DNA from: Mobula hypostoma
Taxonomy: Eukaryota
Direction: 5' to 3'
Assembly (NCBI RefSeq): GCF_963921235.1
Contig: NC_086108.1
Span: 372,001-436,000, forward strand
DNA: 64,000 nucleotides
Each line of letters begins with the position of its first letter. Positions within the stretch are counted from its first letter, which is position 1. Of the stretch, positions 1 through 11,512 are shown one piece after another. Position numbers and translations under genes: made by a program. The notes below the pieces were generated by a model. The model made no database searches. It had not been told where the DNA came from and saw nothing but the letters and a program-made list of their open reading frames with translations.

Positions 1-71
1 CGTTCACCAGCAAAAATACACCTGTGTCTGGAAGGTCCAACTGATGAGCTGATTGTGGAGCTCACTGGAAA

Positions 72-1280
72 ATGGCGCAGAGAGAGAACATCAAGGAAAG
101 AGCCAAGCTGTTGAGGGAAGTTTTTGGCGAGAGTGGAAGTGAACTAGAGATGGAGGTCGGTGGGAAAGAGGAACGGAATGGAAAGAGGAAAAAAAGAAAG
201 CAGAGGTACGGGATATCAAACTCTGAGGAGTCAGCGGATGATCAAAGCAGGACAGCAGAACAATGGAAAGAAGATGAGATTAAAGCAATTATAAAACTAA
301 GCCAAGACGGGGCGTCTTTTGGTGATTGGAACCCGATTTGTTTGACGAAGATGCTCAACAAAATTATAGGGGAGATTAAAAGAGCAAAGAATTTACGAAA
401 TGGATGGCTATTAGTGATTTGTCGGGATAGTGCTCAGCAAGGCAAAGTGATAAGACTAAGTAAAATAGACAGCAAAGAAGTACAATGCTCAATACTTGAC
501 AATAGAAAGTGGACTAGAGGAGTTATTTCGGGAATACCAACAAGAGTTACTATGGATGAGATTAAACAGAACATAAAAGGAGCAAAAATTATTGAAGCCA
601 AACGTTTAAAAGTTACAAGAAATGGGAAGAAGTGTGATAGTTTATCAGTAATGATTAACTTTGATGAAGAGAGATTGCTGACTAACGTTCACTTAGGGTA
701 TATGTGTTATGTGGTTAGAACATATATACCACCGCCTTTAAGATGCTATGAATATCAGAAATTCGGGCACATTGTGGCGGTCTGCAGAGGAAAACAAAGA
801 TGTGGGAGATGCGCTGGAGAAGATGAATATGGGAAAGGTGAAGCGGGAGCTGGGCTGAAATGCTGCAATTGTGGCGAGGAACACAGCACAGTTTATCGAG
901 GGTGCATTTATAGCAGGAAGGCGGCTGAGATACAATATGTAAAAGTAACTCAAGGAATCAGTTACGCAGAGGCAGTGAAAGAATTTACTGAGAAAAAGGC
1001 TGTCAAGCAAACAAATACAGGGAATAATAAACTGGTGAATTGTGAGGGTTCTAATATGAAAAATAAGGATACACTATTAATGAGTAGAAAGGATTTCGTA
1101 CTTTTTGTGGTGGATGCATTTAATTGTTCAGCACAAACAAGCAAAAGAACTGAAAAAAATAAAATTATAGTCAAGTCTGCAGAAAAGTATCTTGGTATTA
1201 AAGGGATTAGGTGGGAAGAAATCAAAGAAACGCTGAACGGAGGATCCAACGGTTCACAGGCAGGGGAGATGGAATCTTAA
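72..1280 (+). mobile_element. ORF1 (gag-like nucleic-acid-binding protein) of a Nimb/I-group non-LTR retrotransposon
   Basis: 402-aa ORF with three degenerate CCHC knuckles (PLRCYEYQKFGH..C, RCGRCAGE, KCCNCGEEH...C). It is followed directly by an ORF2 start remnant (IANGQEFKKY) that resumes after the L1 at 4291. Confidence 0.8.
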
Positions 1281-1324
1281 TGGCAGCATATTTATCGCAA
1301 ATGGTCAAGAATTTAAGAAATATG

Positions 1325-4272
1325 ACCAGGAAGCAGAATTACCTAATAAGATTACTGTCTTACGGTATGAGTATAATTCTATAACGTCCAAGAGTGTCTC
1401 AAAACTACTGACACAAGTCAGACAGAGATATTTTCAGCTTGGTGAAAAGCCCCATAAATTATTAGCCCGTCAGTTAAGACAGATGCAGGCCTCCAGGGCC
1501 ATACATCGTATAAAGGCGAAGATGGCTTTTAATGGACGGACCCGGAAAAAAATTAATAAGTGTTTTGCGGAGTTCTATGCTAATGTTTACTAATCACAAG
1601 GCGGTCCAGACATTGAAACTATGGATGCAGTTTTTGATAATCTGAATCTGCCCACACTGTCAACAGATTCAGTAAGTACACTTGATGCTGATATAAGCCT
1701 AGATGAGATCAAGAAGGTCATCTCTTCCCTCCCCAATGATAAGGCAGCAGGTCCTGATGGTTCTAGCATGGAATTCTTCAAAGTATTTGGTTCAAAATTG
1801 TCACCTCTGCTCTTACAAATGTTGAATCACTCTAGGATAGCTTCCAGATTGCCACTCACTTTATGTAAAGCCAATGTTTCTCTGATTCCAAAACCAGGCC
1901 GTGATCCCGAGGTGGTTTCATCATATCGCTCCATTACGCTGCTGCCCATTGAAACCAAAATTCTTGGGAAAGTCCTGGCCAATAGGTTAAAAGAATGTAT
2001 TTGTTCTATTATTCATCCAGATCAAACTGGCTTTATGCCAGGTAGACATATGTATTTTAATTTGCATTGTCTTTTCAATATTTTATATACAAAACATGCA
2101 GAAGAGGCTGTAGTCATTTCATTAGATGCACAACATGCGTTTGACCAAGTGGAATGGCCATATATGATGTTTGCACTTAAGAAATTTGGATTTTGACCAT
2201 CTTTCATTAAATGGATTGAGATAACTTATTCACACCCAGCTGCTTCTATTATCACTAATCAGTATATTTCCTCCCCTTTTGCAGTTCATCGTGGGACTGG
2301 TCAAGGCTGCCCCCTTCTCCGTTTTTGTTTGCAGTTATCGTTGAGCCACTGGCTGTCAGCATCCGACAGGACCCTTTGATATCTCCCATTGAAATGCATG
2401 GACATTAACATCACCTTTCGTTATACGCTGACGATGTTCCTTTATATATCTCCAGCACACAAGCATCAATACCCCCCCTTCTGACTTTAATTAATAATTT
2501 TGGTAGTTTCTCAGGTTTCTCTGTTAATTGGGATAAGGGTGAACTAATGCCAGTCACTGCAGTGGTTAATACAGCATATTTACAGTCCATTCCCTTGAAA
2601 ATAACGTATGATCATTTTTCCTATCTTGGTGTGACTATTACAAAAAACCCAGATGACCTTTTGCAAGTGAATTGGCGAAACAAAGGTGAGCAGGTTAAAC
2701 GCAATATTGACTTTTGGAAAACCCTTCCAATTTCTTTGGTGGGGAGGGTTAACACAATCAAGGTGATTGTACTGCCACGATTTCTTCATCATTTCCAGTC
2801 AATTCCATGTTTTAATCCTCTGTCATATTTTAAGCAATTGGATTCAATTATTATACCCTTCATTTGAAATTATAAAGCCATTAGAATTACTAAAAAGCAC
2901 TTGTCAAAGCCCAAGGAAGCAGGTGGTTTTGCCCTACCGGACGTTAAAACGTATTACTGGGCTGCCCACCTATCCATTCTCACATAGTGGAAAAAGGCCC
3001 GCCCTCTACCTCAGACTCGTGCCCAGCATGGTTACTCATAGAGTGAGTGCTTTGTAAGAAGACTTCCTTACCAGCTCTCCTTAATAGCCCCACTGCAGTT
3101 AATAAGTCACATTTTAGTAACAGCTTCGTGGTTGGCAGCACTATAAGAATTTGGAAGCAGATTCAACTACACATTAAGGCCCCAAAAACTTATATTAACA
3201 CTCCAATTTGTGACAATCATTCCTTTTTGCCTGGCCTGAATGATACTGCTTTTTCCTACCTGGAAACAGAGAGGTATCTGTAGTGTAGGTGACCTATATA
3301 TTAATGGAAATTTTGCCTCATTTACACAGTTACAAGCAGTTTACAATATCCCTGCATCTAGTTTTTTTTAGATATTTACAAATTCGAGATTATGTCAGGA
3401 AATATATAGCTAACTTCGAGGTTTTAGACAAACATGAGTCCCTGGAGGTAATAAATAAATTTGATCCTGTTACTCGTAGTGCGGTATCCTATTTTTATCA
3501 GATCCTACATAATGGAGCTCGGGTGAATACTGCAGGTCTTAATCAGGCATGGGTGGATGAATTGGGTATAGAACTGACAGAGGAGGTCTGGGATGAGTAC
3601 TTAAAGAGTATACATGATGGTTCGGTCAACGTCGGACACAGACTTATACAGTTTAAAACAATCCATTATTCCAGAGAAAAGTTGCAGTTTCTACCCTGAA
3701 GTTTCACCAGTTTGTAATAGATGTAAATCTGTGAACAGTAACTTGTCACATTCATTCTGGTCATGTTGTAAGCTTTATGCATACTGGAGAAGTATTTTTC
3801 ACTGTTTCTCTGAGGCTTCTGGGAAGCGGCGGGAAGCAGACCCGCTCATAGCCATCCTTGGAGCAACATGCTCCCTATCTTCAGACAATAAGTATGAAAA
3901 AAAAGGCTGTGTTGTTTGCAACGGTGATTGCCAAGAAGTTAATCCTGCAAATGCTGAAGATGGACTCTGTGCCTACGTACGATCTGTGGCTGAGAGAACT
4001 GGCAAATACTTTACATTTGGAGAGACTGAGACTATGTAAAGAGGACAGAGGGGACATCTTTGAAAGGACATGGGGCCCTGTATTGGACTTTCTCACGGGG
4101 TGAGGACTGAGGTTTTTTAGTGTGGTGAACCTCTGCTGTGTTTGTTTACTTTTGCCTTTTTATTTTTCTCCCTTTTGCTGCTCAATATTTAATTAGATTT
4201 TGTTAAGGTCGTGGTTTTTGTAGATGTGCTGTTTTTTTTGTATAATAAAAAAACAAAAATAATATGAAAAAA
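1325..4272 (+). mobile_element. 5'-truncated, decayed L1-clade LINE (ORF2 RT, C-terminal Zn knuckle, 3'UTR, A-rich tail)
   Basis: ORF fragments KAAGPDG, IHPDQTGFMPGR, SLDAQHAFD, YADD, CNRC...HSFWSC; T-rich UTR; A-tail; 18-bp TSD AAGAATTTAAGAAATATG at 1307-1324 and 4273-4290. Confidence 0.92.
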
Positions 4273-4989
4273 AAGAATTTAAGAAATATGTTTCAGAACT
4301 TAAGGAAAATACTCAGATTTTATGGTTGAAGCCCAGGGTGCAGAACTCCAACAACAAATAGAAGTACCCGACAAGAACAACTGTGAATTGGAAAGGAGAT
4401 TGGAAAATGGAGGAAATAATTACAAGGATACAAAAAGAAAAGGAATTTGTTGCAAAGTGAATTATCTACATTCAGATTATAAAATGAAAACATGGAAGCA
4501 AATGAAGAAGAACTCCAAGGTCTCAGTAAACAACTGCAGGCTACGATCCAAGAAAAGGAAAACCTGAAAAAGCAGATAGACTTGGAAAAACAGCAATTTT
4601 AAAAGTATAATGTGCGATAATTACTGTTCTTTAACAAGATGATTTCAGTCTTACAAATGATGCAGATGAAATCTATGTAATTGAGGTAATGCAACTACAT
4701 GAAAACATGTGACAAAATTAGGGAGGGATAGCAGTTTGTGGCATATCTAGTGAGCGCATTAAGCAGTCACGAGGAATTGCAACTACAGAGTGATGCTAAC
4801 AGGGAACTGCAGGCTGAACTAGATTGTCTAAAGTAGAGAAATCCAGGACATATTTGGTTGGAACACCACAAGTCTAGCAGGTGGCGGTAATACACTGAAA
4901 AACTGGTTGCCAACCGCCATAAAACAAAATCGAAGAAGAAGCAGAGTGTGCAGCTACTGGTGAGTGAGTATCCTGGCAAAAACTACACC

Positions 4990-5330
4990 ATGAAGACAAA
5001 AGGACACTCCAAGCAACTCCACGAAAAGGTTATTGAAAAGCACAGGTCAGCAGATGGATACAAGAATATTTCTCAGTCACAGAATATCCCTTGGAGTACA
5101 GTTAAGTCAATCATCAAGAAATGGAAAGAATATGGCACAGCTGTAAATCTGAAGGGAGTAGGCCGTTCTCGAAAACTGAGTGACCGTGCAAGAAGGGGAG
5201 TAGTGAGGGAGTACATGAAGAGACCTGTGACAACCCTGGAGAAGTTACAAGCTTCAGAGGCTGAGATGGGAAAGTCTGTGCATACAACTACTGTTGCCTG
5301 GGTGCTTCAAAGTTGTAGTTTAATGGAAGA
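4990..5330 (+). mobile_element. Tc1-like transposase N-terminal (paired/HTH) fragment
   Basis: MKTKGHSKQLHEKVIEKHRSADGYKNISQSQNIPWSTVKSIIKKWKEYG...GRSRKLSDR resembles fish Tc1 DNA-binding domains; cut off by the adjacent CR1. Confidence 0.85.
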
Positions 5331-7170
5331 AGAAACAATGAATTATGAAAGGAGTCTGGTGACTAATATCAAAGAAGACATTAAAAGCATTTTTAAGTAT
5401 ATAAAGGGCAAAAGAGAGTTGAGGGTAGCTATAGGACCAATAGAAAATGATGCTGGAGATATTGTAATGAGAGACGCAGAGATGGCAGAGTGTTTTGCAT
5501 CAGTCTTCACAGTGGAAGACATCTACAGTATACCGGACACTCAAGTGTGTCAGGGAAGTGAAGTATGTGCAGTGAAAATTACGACTGAGAAGGTGTTCAG
5601 GAAGCTTAATGGTCTGAGGGTGGATAAATCTCCTGGACCTGATGGAATGCACCCTTGTGTTCTGAAGGAAGTAGCTGGAGAGATTGCGGAGGCATTAACA
5701 ATGTTCTTTCAAGAATCGATAGGTTCAAGCATTGTACCGGATGACTGGAAAATTGCAAATGTTACTCCACTATTTAGGACGGGTGGGAGGCAGCAGAAAG
5801 GAAACTACAGACCTACTAGCCTGACATCAGTAGTTGGGAAGTTGTTGGAATCGATTGTTAGGGATGAGATTACGGAGTATCTGGAGGCACATGACAAGAT
5901 AGGCCAGAGCCAGCATGGCTTCCTGAAAGGAAAATCCTGCCTGACAAATCTACTGCAAATTTTTGAGGAGATTACAAGCAGGGTAGACAAAGGAGATGCA
6001 GTAGATGTGGTGTATTTGGATTTCAAAAGGCCTTTGACAAAGGGCCCACAAGAGGCTGCTTAGCAAAATAAGCACCCATGGAATTACAGGGACGTTACTA
6101 GCATGGGTGGAGCATTGGCTGATCGGCATAAAACAGAGTGGGAATAAAGGGATCCTATTCTGGCTGCCGCTTACCAGTGGAGTTCCACGGGTCAGTGTTG
6201 GGACTACTGCTTTTTACGATGTATGTCAATAATTTGGACTATGGGATTAATGGATTTGTGGTTAATTTTGCCGATGATACCAAGATAGGTGAAGGAAACA
6301 GAGAGCCTGCAGAGAGACTTAGATAGTTCAGGAGAATGGGCAAAGTAATGGCAAGTGAAATACAACGTTGGAAAGTGTATGGTCGTGCACTTGGGTGGAA
6401 GAAATAAACAGGCAGACTATTACTTAGATGGGGAGATAATTCAAGATGCAGAGATGCAAAGGGACTTGGGAGTCCTTGTGCAGGTTACCCTAAAGGTTAA
6501 CCTCCAGGTTCAGTTGGTGGTGAAGGCAACGAATGCAATGTTGGTATTCATTTCAGAAGGTATAGAATATAAGAGCAGGGATGTGATGTTGAGGCTCTAT
6601 AAGGCACTCGTGAGACCACACTTGGAGTATTGTGTGCAGCTTTGGGCTCCTTATTTTAGAAAGAATATACTGACATTGGAGAGGGTTTAGAGAAGATTCA
6701 CGAGAATGATTCCAGGAATGAAAGGGTTACCATATGAGGAACGTCTGGCAGCTCTTGGGCTGTATTCCCTGCAGTTCAGGAGAACGAGGAAAGGGGGATC
6801 TCATAGAAACATTTCAAATATTAAAAGGCCTGAACAGATTAGATATGATAAAGTTATTTCCCATGGTCGGGGAGTCTAGGACAAGAGGGCATGACTTCAA
6901 GATTGAAGGACATCCATTTAGAACAGAGATGCAGAAAAATTTCTTTCGTCAGAGCATGGTAAATCTGTGGAATTTGTTGCCACAAGCGGCTGTGGAGGCC
7001 AAATCACTGGGTGTATTTAAGGCAGAGATAGATGGGTTCTTCATTAGCCAGGGCATCAAAGGGTATGGGGAGGAGGCAAGGGGAATGGGGATGACTGGAA
7101 GAATTGGATGGCAGAGCAGACTTGATGGGCTGATTGGCCTACTTCTGCTCCTCCATCTTATGGTCTTATG
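5331..7170 (+). mobile_element. 5'-truncated decayed CR1 LINE
   Basis: [43 protein letters not shown] motifs with frameshifts; ends in a TTATGGTCTTATG tail. Confidence 0.92.
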
Positions 7171-7534
7171 ATTAAGGGGAGGTTTCTCTGGTGAGGGACA
7201 CTAAGGTTGGGCTTGGGGCTTTTGTTAGGAAGAGATGAAGAGAGAAGACGCCAGAGAGAAGAGGTGAAGGGCCTGTTCCCCTGCTGTACTTGTCTCTCCA
7301 CGTTGACTAAATCTTCAGTGACTAACTCTGATTTGTGTGCAAGACTTTGCTCTCTAAAACCAGGTGAACGGCACAGAAAGCTACCTCAAAAAGAAATTTA
7401 ACAGAAGGAAAAAATTACAAGGAAATGAAAAACATGACATGCTTTTTACGTGTTTCTGCTCTGCAAAAGTCGCAAGGAGGTAAATCCTGCACCTCTGTGG
7501 TGTGCAACACAAGGCAGCGTTTACCTGAATCCAC

Positions 7535-7666
7535 ACACATAAAAGTTGCTGGTGAACGCAGAAGGTCAGGCAGCATCCTTGCAGATGCTGCCTAACCTGC
7601 TGCGTTCACCAGCAACTTTTATGTGTGTTGCTTGAATTTCCAGCATCTGTAGAATTCCTGTTGTTT
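7535..7666. mobile_element. Short Penelope-terminus-derived palindromic insertion
   Basis: 44-bp inverted repeat (7534-7577 / 7584-7627); flanked by an 18-bp direct repeat with one mismatch (7517-7534, 7667-7684). Confidence 0.7.
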
Positions 7667-8512
7667 GCGTTTACCTTAATCCACTTTATTAGGGAAACCA
7701 GTCAAAACAACGATGTAATGTACAAATTAGGAGAAAGATGTCCACTGGTAACAGGTTAAACGTGTCTAACACAATCTCTAAAATCATTCAAAAAGCTATC
7801 AGAGATTAAATTAAGTGATTTGCAATATTGAAATGTCATCCCAAATGTGACCAGACCTCTGGAATGATACAATATTGTGTAATTCTGGTCGGGAAGAGAA
7901 GCTCAGCTATTGAAAAATCTACTTTAACTAATACGTACAGAAGCAATGGCTGCCTAAGCAAACCATCAGGTAATCACAGCATCCACTGGCACTGCTGTTC
8001 AAGTCACTGGAATAATGAGGTCGGCATTGAAAGTCATTTCAATAACTGTCTAAAGGGCACTCTTTCTTTTAATGTTAAAAATAATTAAAAGGGAAATTAA
8101 GGTAGGTCAAAACTTATAGCAGGTCATTCAGCAACCTGGGGACAATACAGTGCAGACATCCTTCCCCACGAGGCCCCATTAAATGTGGGCCCCACCTTAG
8201 GACCCATCAATGTGGACTCCACCCCTTCACCAGGCCCCATCAAATGCAAAACCCTCTCCTACATCAGGGTCAGGACCCATCTATGTGGAAAACTTCCCCA
8301 AGCCAAGGCCCATCCAATGTGGACCCCTCACTGGCCCCTCCTCTGCCACCCCTTCCAAGAACATTTTCAGATTGGACAACATCTTCAGTTTTAATTCCAG
8401 CATTTGCCACTGGATGCTGGGAATACGAGCGAAGGTGTTTTGGGAAAGGAGGCGAAGGCATGCTGGATACAAGTGACTGTCCAGAGAGCAGCAAAGCTAA
8501 TAACCTCACATC

Positions 8513-8537
8513 CGGGTTCGGGTTCGGGTTCGGGTTC
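8513..8537 (+). repeat. (GGGTTC)n short tandem repeat at the Penelope truncation junction
   Basis: cgggttcgggttcgggttcgggttc seen directly. Confidence 0.85.
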
Positions 8538-11490
8538 TAGTATGTCTTTTAAGTTTCTACCCCTTTTGAAGGCTGAGACTATGGTGTCCGCTTTTAGTTC
8601 TTCAAAGTGTGTTTTAACTGTCTTGTGGATATTCACTGCCATCCTACTGTATCCTGTTACCAAGGGTAGTTTCTGTGTTGTGTTGTCCCGTGGTCGGGGA
8701 TTTGTGATACTTTTTAAAAAGTTAGATTTGATGTGTCTGAGTCTCCGTCTGCTGTAGCCCCTGTGTCTAAGTGCAGAGAAGAGGATAGTAGTGGCTTGGT
8801 GGAAGTCCTCTGCCCTGGTGCAAATGCGGTGAAACCGGGTCAGCTGTCCTTTGACAATGCCTCTGAAGGTGTGTTTGGGATGGTGGCTCCCGGTGTGTAG
8901 GAGGGTGTGTGTGTCTGTGGTTTTAAAGAATGCTTTGGTGGCTAGTTTCTGGCTGCCATTTTCTGGTGCTTGTTTAAATACCGTAGTGAATTTTCCGAAG
9001 TACCAAAGTCAATTTTCTCCCTATCTGTTGCGGCCTTAACCTTAATGGATGGATGATGAGTGTTTAGGATTTGAATAAATTCCTCTAATTCTACCTCCGA
9101 GTGCGTCCACACTCCTCAGATGTCATCCAGGTATCTATAGAGACACATGGGTTTTTTGGGACACTTTGGATAAACTATTTCCTCCCATTTTGCCATGTAT
9201 ATATTGGCATAGGCTGGAGCAAACTTCTTTCCCATCGCTGTGCCCTTGACTTGTAAATAGAATTCATTATTTAATTCAAAGTCATTTTTAGTTAGGCTGA
9301 GGTGAAGGAGTTCTATCAAGGCCTCGTCTGGTCTCTCAAGCTGAGGGTTCTCCCGAAGGATATTCCTCACTGCCTCTATACCCCTGTCCATTTCTATATT
9401 GGTGTACAGGCTTTCAATGTCCATGGTGAAGAGTATGGCCTCAGGGGGCACTGACATGGAATTGACTATCCAGACAAAGTGGTACGTGTCCTTGACGTAG
9501 CTGGAGTGTTTCTGTGATAGTGGGTTAAGGAAGGCATCAATGTATTCTGCTATCCTGTATGATTCACTGCCGCAGTCCGACACGATGGGCCTGTCGGGTG
9601 GTATTTCTCCCAGAACAGTCCATGAGTCTGGGTTCTTGTGTATTTTGGGGAGGATATAGAACTTTCTTGCTCGTGGCTGTATCCCTGTCAGGTACTCCAC
9701 CTGCTTCTTCCCGAGGTATCTAGTCCTTTCTAGTTCTCGCAGAATGTTCCTGATTTCTGTGTGTGTTTCCCAGTATATAGGTTCCTTTAGTTTAGTGTAG
9801 TGCTCCGTGTTGTTTAATTGTCTGTGTGCCTCAAATAGATATTGCTGTTTGTCCATGATCACTATGCTGCTCCCTTTATCTGCTGGTTTGATAACAATAT
9901 CCATATTTTCCCTCAACTCCTTCAGGGCTGCTCTCTCCTTCCTGGTTAAATTGGGTTTATCCTGTACCTCTCTCTCCCTCTCCATTATCTCATCCAGTGT
10001 GCTCTCAAATTGTAGGACTGCTTCTGGCCTGTACCTCCTCTTGGGCATCCAGTCTGAGGGAGGGGTGAAAGGGGTCTTTCTACGTTCTGACTCCCCAAAG
10101 AAGTCGACGAGTACCACTCTCTTGTAGAACTTATCCATGTCCCCCTCAGTCTGCTCCTTATGGAGTTTTGCAATTGGTACAAAAGTGAGGCCCCTGTTCA
10201 GAACCTTTTGCTGGGTTTCTGTAGGGATGAACGTACGGGAGAGGTTCACGACAGTCTCTCCCAGTGGTGGACCCTGCCTCTCTCGGCTTTGTCTCCACTC
10301 TAGCTTAAAGACTGCATCCACCTCTTGACTATGGGCAAGGCTGTGTTTTCTGTTCAATCGATGTGGTCTGTGTCTACCTTAAACTGCCTCGCTGGGATTG
10401 CAGGGATATAATTCTTAGTTTTAATAACCTCATTCAGCTCTGGCACCCAGATACTGGCATTGGGAAATTTTATATGGGCCATTCTTAATAATTGCTGAAG
10501 CTGTTTCGTCACTGTTGCTGATTGATGTGACCTATTGTTTATTCCAAAGGAAAGAATAACCTTCTTAGTTTCCAGTTGTGGTTCTAACTTTGTCAGGATA
10601 GCAGTGGCATGGGTGAATTTGGCTCCCGGAAAGCTGTCCAATTGAACATCCTTATTAGGGCATCTTTTGATTCTGGAAATGTTAGAGTCCCCTATAATTA
10701 GTATAGGTTTAAGGGGCCTTAGTTTCCAAGTTACATTTTTCTGTTTAGAGTGAGGATGCCCCATTATTTGACCCCTCTGGTTGTTGCAAATAGGGGTTAC
10801 CTGTCCTCTTGTTTGTCCCATGTCCTCCGACTCTCGGGCTGTGTGGTTCCCTGGGGTGGAAGACTTGCTCGGTCCTCGTGTACTGGCTCCCCTTGTCTGT
10901 GTGCCCATCCGCACTGCTGTGGGGTGGGGTGCTGATTCCTCAGAGTCTTGGGTCGGGAAGGCCGTGCGGGCGGTGGGCTGGGGCTCCCCTGCTCCTAGGT
11001 TGGATTGCGTCTTCTCCGAGGGGCTCATGGGTGGGGAGGGTCTCACCTGGCGTCTTCTCTGTTCCTGTGACTGGGGCAGTGGGGCCGCATCGGCGTCGAG
11101 TGGGTTAACTAGCTCCAGCGACCTCCCGTGGACGGTGCCGGAACTCCCACTTCAGGTGTCAGCGCCGGGAGGACTAACTAGCTCCAGCGCCCTCCCGTGG
11201 ACGGTGCCGGAACTCCCACTACACGTATTGTTCTCAGGACCTGTTGGTCTGAGACAGTCCCGCAGCACAATTACCGGACTCAAGTTCATTTTACTCGTCG
11301 CCGACGGACGGGGTGCAGCCTGAGCGGTCTTTTTCCGGGGCTCGGGTGTGATACGGGTCCGGTCACGGCTGACCCAGAAGCCGTCCCTAGAGGTGGAGGG
11401 TCTGTTCCCCTCTCCCCTTTGGGATGCGGTTTCCACTGTCCGTGGGGTCATTGTGGCCGCGTCCGAATTGTGGGGCCCGTTGTGGGCCCT
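8537..11490 (-). mobile_element. Penelope-like element (probably Neptune-type): upstream SGNH/esterase-like ORF plus RT, truncated before the GIY-YIG domain
   Basis: RT 9116-10357 has IKPADKG, FYILPKIHK, RPIVS, GTAMG..APAYANIYM, YLDDI, then an in-frame stop. It continues to AFKRGRNLKDIL at about 8537. ORF 10354-11046 has ILIIGDSN, FPGA and SFGINN. Confidence 0.88.
11106..11220. repeat. 69-bp-period tandem duplication in the Penelope 5' region
   Basis: TAACTAGCTCCAGCG(A/C)CCTCCCGTGGACGGTGCCGGAACTCCCACT at 11106-11151 and 11175-11220. Confidence 0.9.
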
Positions 11491-11512
11491 GTCTTTGTTT
11501 TTGGAATACACC

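Noticed and set aside
4948..6063. 371-aa ORF fusing a Tc1 DNA-binding domain to a CR1 RT
   Set aside because: Chance in-frame junction of two decayed elements; the RT frameshifts before its catalytic motif.
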